DNA from: Candidatus Latescibacterota bacterium
GTDB lineage: Bacteria > Latescibacterota > UBA2968 > GCA-2709665
Reading direction: 5' to 3'
NCBI GenBank assembly: GCA_021295655.1
Contig: JAGWBX010000024.1
Coordinates: 8,265-72,264 of the forward strand
DNA: 64,000 nt
In this document: one piece after another, positions 60,314 to 64,000 of the stretch
How positions within the stretch are numbered: the first letter of the stretch is position 1
How the letters are laid out: each line of letters opens with the position of its first letter
Made by a program: the position numbers and the translations under genes
Notes under the pieces: generated by a model
The model's database searches: none
Seen by the model: the letters and a program-made list of their open reading frames with translations, nothing else
What the model was told of the DNA's origin: nothing

Positions 60314-60367
60314 TATCTGCTTGCATATATTCGGTTTTACTTCCCCGAAGAATCACGAATCAAGGTT
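60314..60367. repeat. R2 copy 2
   Basis: Reads tatctgCTTGCATATATTCGGTTTTACTTCCCCGAAGAATcaCGAATCAAGGTT. Its last 13 nt (ACGAATCAAGGTT) are also present at 60291-60303. Confidence 0.6.
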
Positions 60368-60385
60368 TACAGCAGGCGGGCATTT

Positions 60386-63300
60386 TCAATTGAAACGAAT
60401 TTCTCCCCATACTTTGAATTCCCAGACCCTGTTGTTCAGGTCCCGGAGTTTGTCCTTCCGGTTTTCGTGTCGAAAACGGGTCCCGCCCGTAAACTTGCTG
60501 CTGAATTGATATTGACCGGCAAGGCTGGCGTGCCAGCGATCGTCGCTCTGGCGCACAACGGCTTGTTCAGTTTCGGCAGCTTCCGCGCTGCGGGGAATTT
60601 CCCTCTTGAGGCTTGTGTTGGTGCCGTATTCCAGGGTCAGGTCGAGGTTGCTCTGCATTTTGCGGAAGAACTTCGAGCTGAGTGAATATCTGAGGGATGC
60701 GGAAAACTGGGAGTTTTCTGTTATGGTCGTTCCAATCAGGCGCTCCGCCAGCGTCGGCTGTACCACGGTCGTATCGAGGGCCACGTTTCGCTGGTACCTG
60801 AGGTCGCTCTGGCGACTGCGGTTTCTACGGAAGTTCGTGTTCATTCTGTTCTTCCATCGGGCCTGCCATGCGATAAGAGGCCGGAACTCCGTTCTCCGTG
60901 TATCGCTGGTCAGGACATTGTCATCCAGCCCCCCATCGCCGCGGAAGATCCGGTTTGTCTTATAGTTGAAACTGAGATTTGAGCTGGTGAACAGCCACCT
61001 CAAGACCGGAAGTTCCCCAAGGCCGCGCCAGTTTACGCCAAAATCCGGAAATTCCAGCTTCTGTTCTTCCGTATTGGCGTTGCCAAAGCTTCTCGCATGG
61101 TTAAACGTCAGATTGGTACTGCCGCGAAAGCCGGCCGGAAGGCGGACGCCGCCCTTGAGAATCGCGTTATCGGTGATGTTTCTGGTGTTGACCCGTGTAA
61201 CGCCCCCCGATCCGTAACGAGGCGACGTGGTGGTGTCGGTGAGCCCGAGCTGGAACTTCAACGTGGGTCGACGCCGCAGGCCGAAGAGATTGAATGCGCG
61301 GCTACGATACACGTTGAGCTGTACCGCTTCCAATGACCCGCCCAGTCTTCCAATCATCCGGATTACGGAAAACCCGTTCTGGCCCTTCGACGGACGTGCG
61401 AGAGGTCGAAAAAGACCCGGCAGGTTCAGGCTGAACCTGCCGCCGACGCGGCTGCTGTTGCCCACGGTCAGTCCTCTGCGTTGATTGCCTATGGGGATAC
61501 GCTGGCCCCCGGTTTCAAGGCGTTCACGATAGCGGGAGGAGTAATCGGAATTGATGTTGAGCCATTTGGAAACGCGGGGCGTGAAGTTAAAGCTCACCTC
61601 CTGATTTCGCGTGGTCTCGCGGCCGAACTGCAGCCTGGCGAAATCAAATGAATTCCGGAGGTCGCGGTTCACCGCGACGGAATAGTTGGCGTTCACGCTG
61701 CGAAAGGGAGTCAGTTTTACAGCGAAACTCTCGTTGACGTTGAAGGTTTCGTTCAAAACCGCGATGACATCGGAGGTGTCGCCTTCAACGGCGGAGAAGG
61801 ATCGCCTGTTGATGTTCTTCCGGTCAAAACGCAGGTTATAACGAAGGGTTGAAGGGAGGTAGAAGAACTGGACATCCTTGAAATAGGAACCCAGCCCCGG
61901 GACCCAGTTGAAGATTTTCAGTCCCTGCTGTCTGGACCAGTTGACATCGTAGCTGAAACTTCCGTTGAAATTATGCTCCTTGTTGGACCGGCGCCGCGTG
62001 ATCGCGCCACTGACCGCGTTATTGGTTAAAAGGTTCAGTGACGCGTTGATCCGGTCGAAGAAGAGTCTGGCTATCCAGCGGCGGTCCTGGGCCGCCGGGC
62101 GTTTGCGCATGGAGACATTGAACCGTGAGGAAGCGCGGACCGCGCTCTCCCTGCTCTTCTGCTGTTCGGTCAGCACGATGTCGGACCCCTGCCGGATGCG
62201 GGGTATGGAGCCATTCCGGAGGTAATTGAATCGTACCGGGATAACTGTGTTCCACCTGTCGGGCAGGAACTTGTTCAGATTGAACGATCCATTCATGCTG
62301 ACCTGCGTTGTCGTATTGCCCGTGGAGCGTCCCTGGAGATCCTGGAAGTCGCCGCTCCTGCGTTCCAGATTCAGGCTCACGTTGCCCAGATCCGCCAGTG
62401 TCGTCTGAACGTTCAGTAACATGGATACGGCGTTCTTCTTGCGGATTCGATCCACACGGAGTTCGTCCAGCCAGATTTCGTTCTCTCCATCCAGAGGGAA
62501 TTCCCCGGTGTTTCTGACGCCGACCACGAAAGACTTGATTTTAGAAAGCGCGGGGTTTCCCCGCACGGTATACGTGCCGCCGTGCAGGTCTGCGCGTATC
62601 TGACTGGCTTCGCTGTCGTAATCGGCCAGGACCTCTCCGGTCGGAAGGGAAAGCCTCAGGGTGTCGGACGACTGGCCGATGGCCTTGAAGTCCGTGAGTT
62701 TTGCCTTGATCTGGGACAGGACGTCGAGCTCGATTCTGAATGTGTTGTCTTCCGGAGACCAGCCCCGATAGATGGGCTTCCTGAACTCATAGAAGTTGAG
62801 CGTATCTTCGCCGAAGGGTGAAAACCTCACGAAGAGTTCCACCGGGCTGAATCTGCCGGCGACCGAATCGGGTCCGGCTGGAAAATTGGCCTCGTAGGTG
62901 GGTGATGTGGGGTTCCCGCCGTGCACGAACATGGTCATCAGACCGTATCGGGTGTAATTCTGTCCCTCGGTAAAGGTCCGCGAGGCCGACACGCTCTCGC
63001 CGGGAAAGAGGTCTTCAAACCGGAGAACAAGAGACCGTTCGAGGAGTTGCCGTCCCGTCTGGGGATCGATCTCGCGTTCGAGGCCGGGCGGAAGTTCATA
63101 GACCTGATTGTCCGTACCGATTGTAGCGACTCTGAAGTCCCCCGACTGACGTCCATCCGGGGTCTCGTCTTCGAGCCAGTCGCTACCTACCGCGGCTATC
63201 GTGAAGATGTCGAGAGAGGTTGTATCGTCGTGTTCAATCCAGATTCGCGCAAAATCAAACACGCCGGCGAACGTGGTGTCCGGATTGCCTTCGACCGTGC

Positions 63301-64000
63301 GCGGCGCATTGCTGCCGCGCAGAGGAATGCGCAACAGCCTCCAGGGCATGTCGGAAGGGTCCGACTGGCTGCCCACGACGAGCACAGAAGGGCCGTTGTA
63401 CTCACCCGTCATCGGATTCAAGCCCCGATCTGACGCCAGGTCGACGCCATAGTGCAGGTAGTGGTTTCGGGTGTCCAGGATGCCGTTCTGGTTGAGGTCT
63501 TCGGAATCGGGTCTCTGTTCACGCTCGCGATTGTTGTTCTGGGTGCCATTAACGCCTGCCGGGTACCGGAAGCGAAGGTCCTCCTGGTCGAAGTCCACGT
63601 CCTTGAAGTTGTCGTCCGACGGATCGTCAGGTACGGTCACACCGGGGTGGATCAGGCGAAAGACCGAATCTTCCTGGGCGTCTGTCAGGCCGTCCAGACC
63701 GATGTCCTCTTCCGGAATAGCCACGTCATCGCCCGTGGGAAATCCGGGAAGGGGACGGTCTTCGGTGCGAAACTGTCCGCCAGGCGGCGGATTGAACGTT
63801 GCGTGGTCAAGCAGCAGGTCCGCCCGCTCGGAGATTTCACCCAGATCGATATGCAGCCGGCCGGAATTCCCCCTGACCCAGAGCTCGATAAATTTGGACC
63901 GTGAGAAGTCCATGCCGAACAGAAAACTCGTAATGCCCGCCCAGGAGCTTTCGGGGAGGCCACCGGCCGGGTTCCGCGAGGTCTCGGGAAAGCCGTTGGT
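60386..64000 (-). CDS. sprA: very large outer-membrane/cell-surface protein, SprA-like (T9SS), 5' partial
   Basis: More than 1200 aa with the frame open to the window edge. It is Asn/Ser/Arg-rich beta-strand-like sequence ending in aromatic 'IRFN'. The resemblance to SprA is from memory only. Confidence 0.5.
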   Translation of the reverse strand, partial: TNGFPETSRNPAGGLPESSWAGITSFLFGMDFSRSKFIELWVRGNSGRLHIDLGEISERADLLLDHATFNPPPGGQFRTEDRPLPGFPTGDDVAIPEEDIGLDGLTDAQEDSVFRLIHPGVTVPDDPSDDNFKDVDFDQEDLRFRYPAGVNGTQNNNREREQRPDSEDLNQNGILDTRNHYLHYGVDLASDRGLNPMTGEYNGPSVLVVGSQSDPSDMPWRLLRIPLRGSNAPRTVEGNPDTTFAGVFDFARIWIEHDDTTSLDIFTIAAVGSDWLEDETPDGRQSGDFRVATIGTDNQVYELPPGLEREIDPQTGRQLLERSLVLRFEDLFPGESVSASRTFTEGQNYTRYGLMTMFVHGGNPTSPTYEANFPAGPDSVAGRFSPVELFVRFSPFGEDTLNFYEFRKPIYRGWSPEDNTFRIELDVLSQIKAKLTDFKAIGQSSDTLRLSLPTGEVLADYDSEASQIRADLHGGTYTVRGNPALSKIKSFVVGVRNTGEFPLDGENEIWLDELRVDRIRKKNAVSMLLNVQTTLADLGNVSLNLERRSGDFQDLQGRSTGNTTTQVSMNGSFNLNKFLPDRWNTVIPVRFNYLRNGSIPRIRQGSDIVLTEQQKSRESAVRASSRFNVSMRKRPAAQDRRWIARLFFDRINASLNLLTNNAVSGAITRRRSNKEHNFNGSFSYDVNWSRQQGLKIFNWVPGLGSYFKDVQFFYLPSTLRYNLRFDRKNINRRSFSAVEGDTSDVIAVLNETFNVNESFAVKLTPFRSVNANYSVAVNRDLRNSFDFARLQFGRETTRNQEVSFNFTPRVSKWLNINSDYSSRYRERLETGGQRIPIGNQRRGLTVGNSSRVGGRFSLNLPGLFRPLARPSKGQNGFSVIRMIGRLGGSLEAVQLNVYRSRAFNLFGLRRRPTLKFQLGLTDTTTSPRYGSGGVTRVNTRNITDNAILKGGVRLPAGFRGSTNLTFNHARSFGNANTEEQKLEFPDFGVNWRGLGELPVLRWLFTSSNLSFNYKTNRIFRGDGGLDDNVLTSDTRRTEFRPLIAWQARWKNRMNTNFRRNRSRQSDLRYQRNVALDTTVVQPTLAERLIGTTITENSQFSASLRYSLSSKFFRKMQSNLDLTLEYGTNTSLKREIPRSAEAAETEQAVVRQSDDRWHASLAGQYQFSSKFTGGTRFRHENRKDKLRDLNNRVWEFKVWGEIRFN

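Noticed and set aside
60242-60685. ORFs reading through R1 copies share a peptide-like string: 'SPLIKSLCRRGRV' in 2619-3581, 'MIKSLCRRG' in 60242-60685, 'SPLVKSLHRRDRV' in 53635-54837, and 'MIKLLCPQ' in 31048-31242.
   Set aside because: The similarity is at the nucleotide level and comes from an inverted-repeat element. The supposed peptides have no consistent start, stop or length, and better starts for the real genes lie downstream of the repeat.

Overview
About 60% GC, densely coding bacterial chromosomal segment with no rRNA, tRNA, CRISPR array or intact transposase. All product calls come from motif recognition in the supplied translations; no database search was run.

Core content:
- An 11-gene complex I operon, nuoABCDHIJKLMN, with no nuoEFG (42.2-53.1 kb, + strand).
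- A long minus-strand Fe-S block (32.5-41.9 kb): sufB-sufC-sufD-sufS-sufU-sufT-like, then an Rrf2 regulator, an orphan second NuoB paralog, nfuA, and a B12-type radical SAM gene.
- The radical SAM ORF stops at an in-frame TGA in a Cys-TGA-Ala-Glu-Pro context with a hairpin downstream, so it is very probably a CUAEP-tail selenoprotein.
- lexA with a GAAC-N4-GTTC box in its promoter.
- A minus-strand sprA(5' partial)-comEA-hyp-coaD-obg-dprA run.
- aspC, ggt, a phosphohexomutase, two SDRs, two aldo/keto reductases and several secreted or lipoproteins (Kelch, dockerin-repeat, TPR, TonB).
- A NitT/TauT-type ABC system whose ATPase gene is frameshifted.

SprA plus the EFG-less complex I suggest an FCB-superphylum-like lineage; this is a weak inference.

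The most unusual signals lie outside or across the ORF calls:
1. Repeat family R1: a dispersed hairpin element 65-155 nt long, with 8 full or half copies. It typically starts right after a stop codon and lies in the 5' leader of the next gene, and 7 of 8 copies share that gene's orientation. Two copies sit directly downstream of near-consensus promoters.
2. Repeat family R2: a second conserved element of about 55 nt, in 2 copies, with a compensatory base-pair change.
3. UGA/selenocysteine recoding in the radical SAM gene.
4. Gene decay: the ABC ATPase frameshift and a HicB-like gene with an in-frame TAG inside a low-GC islet.
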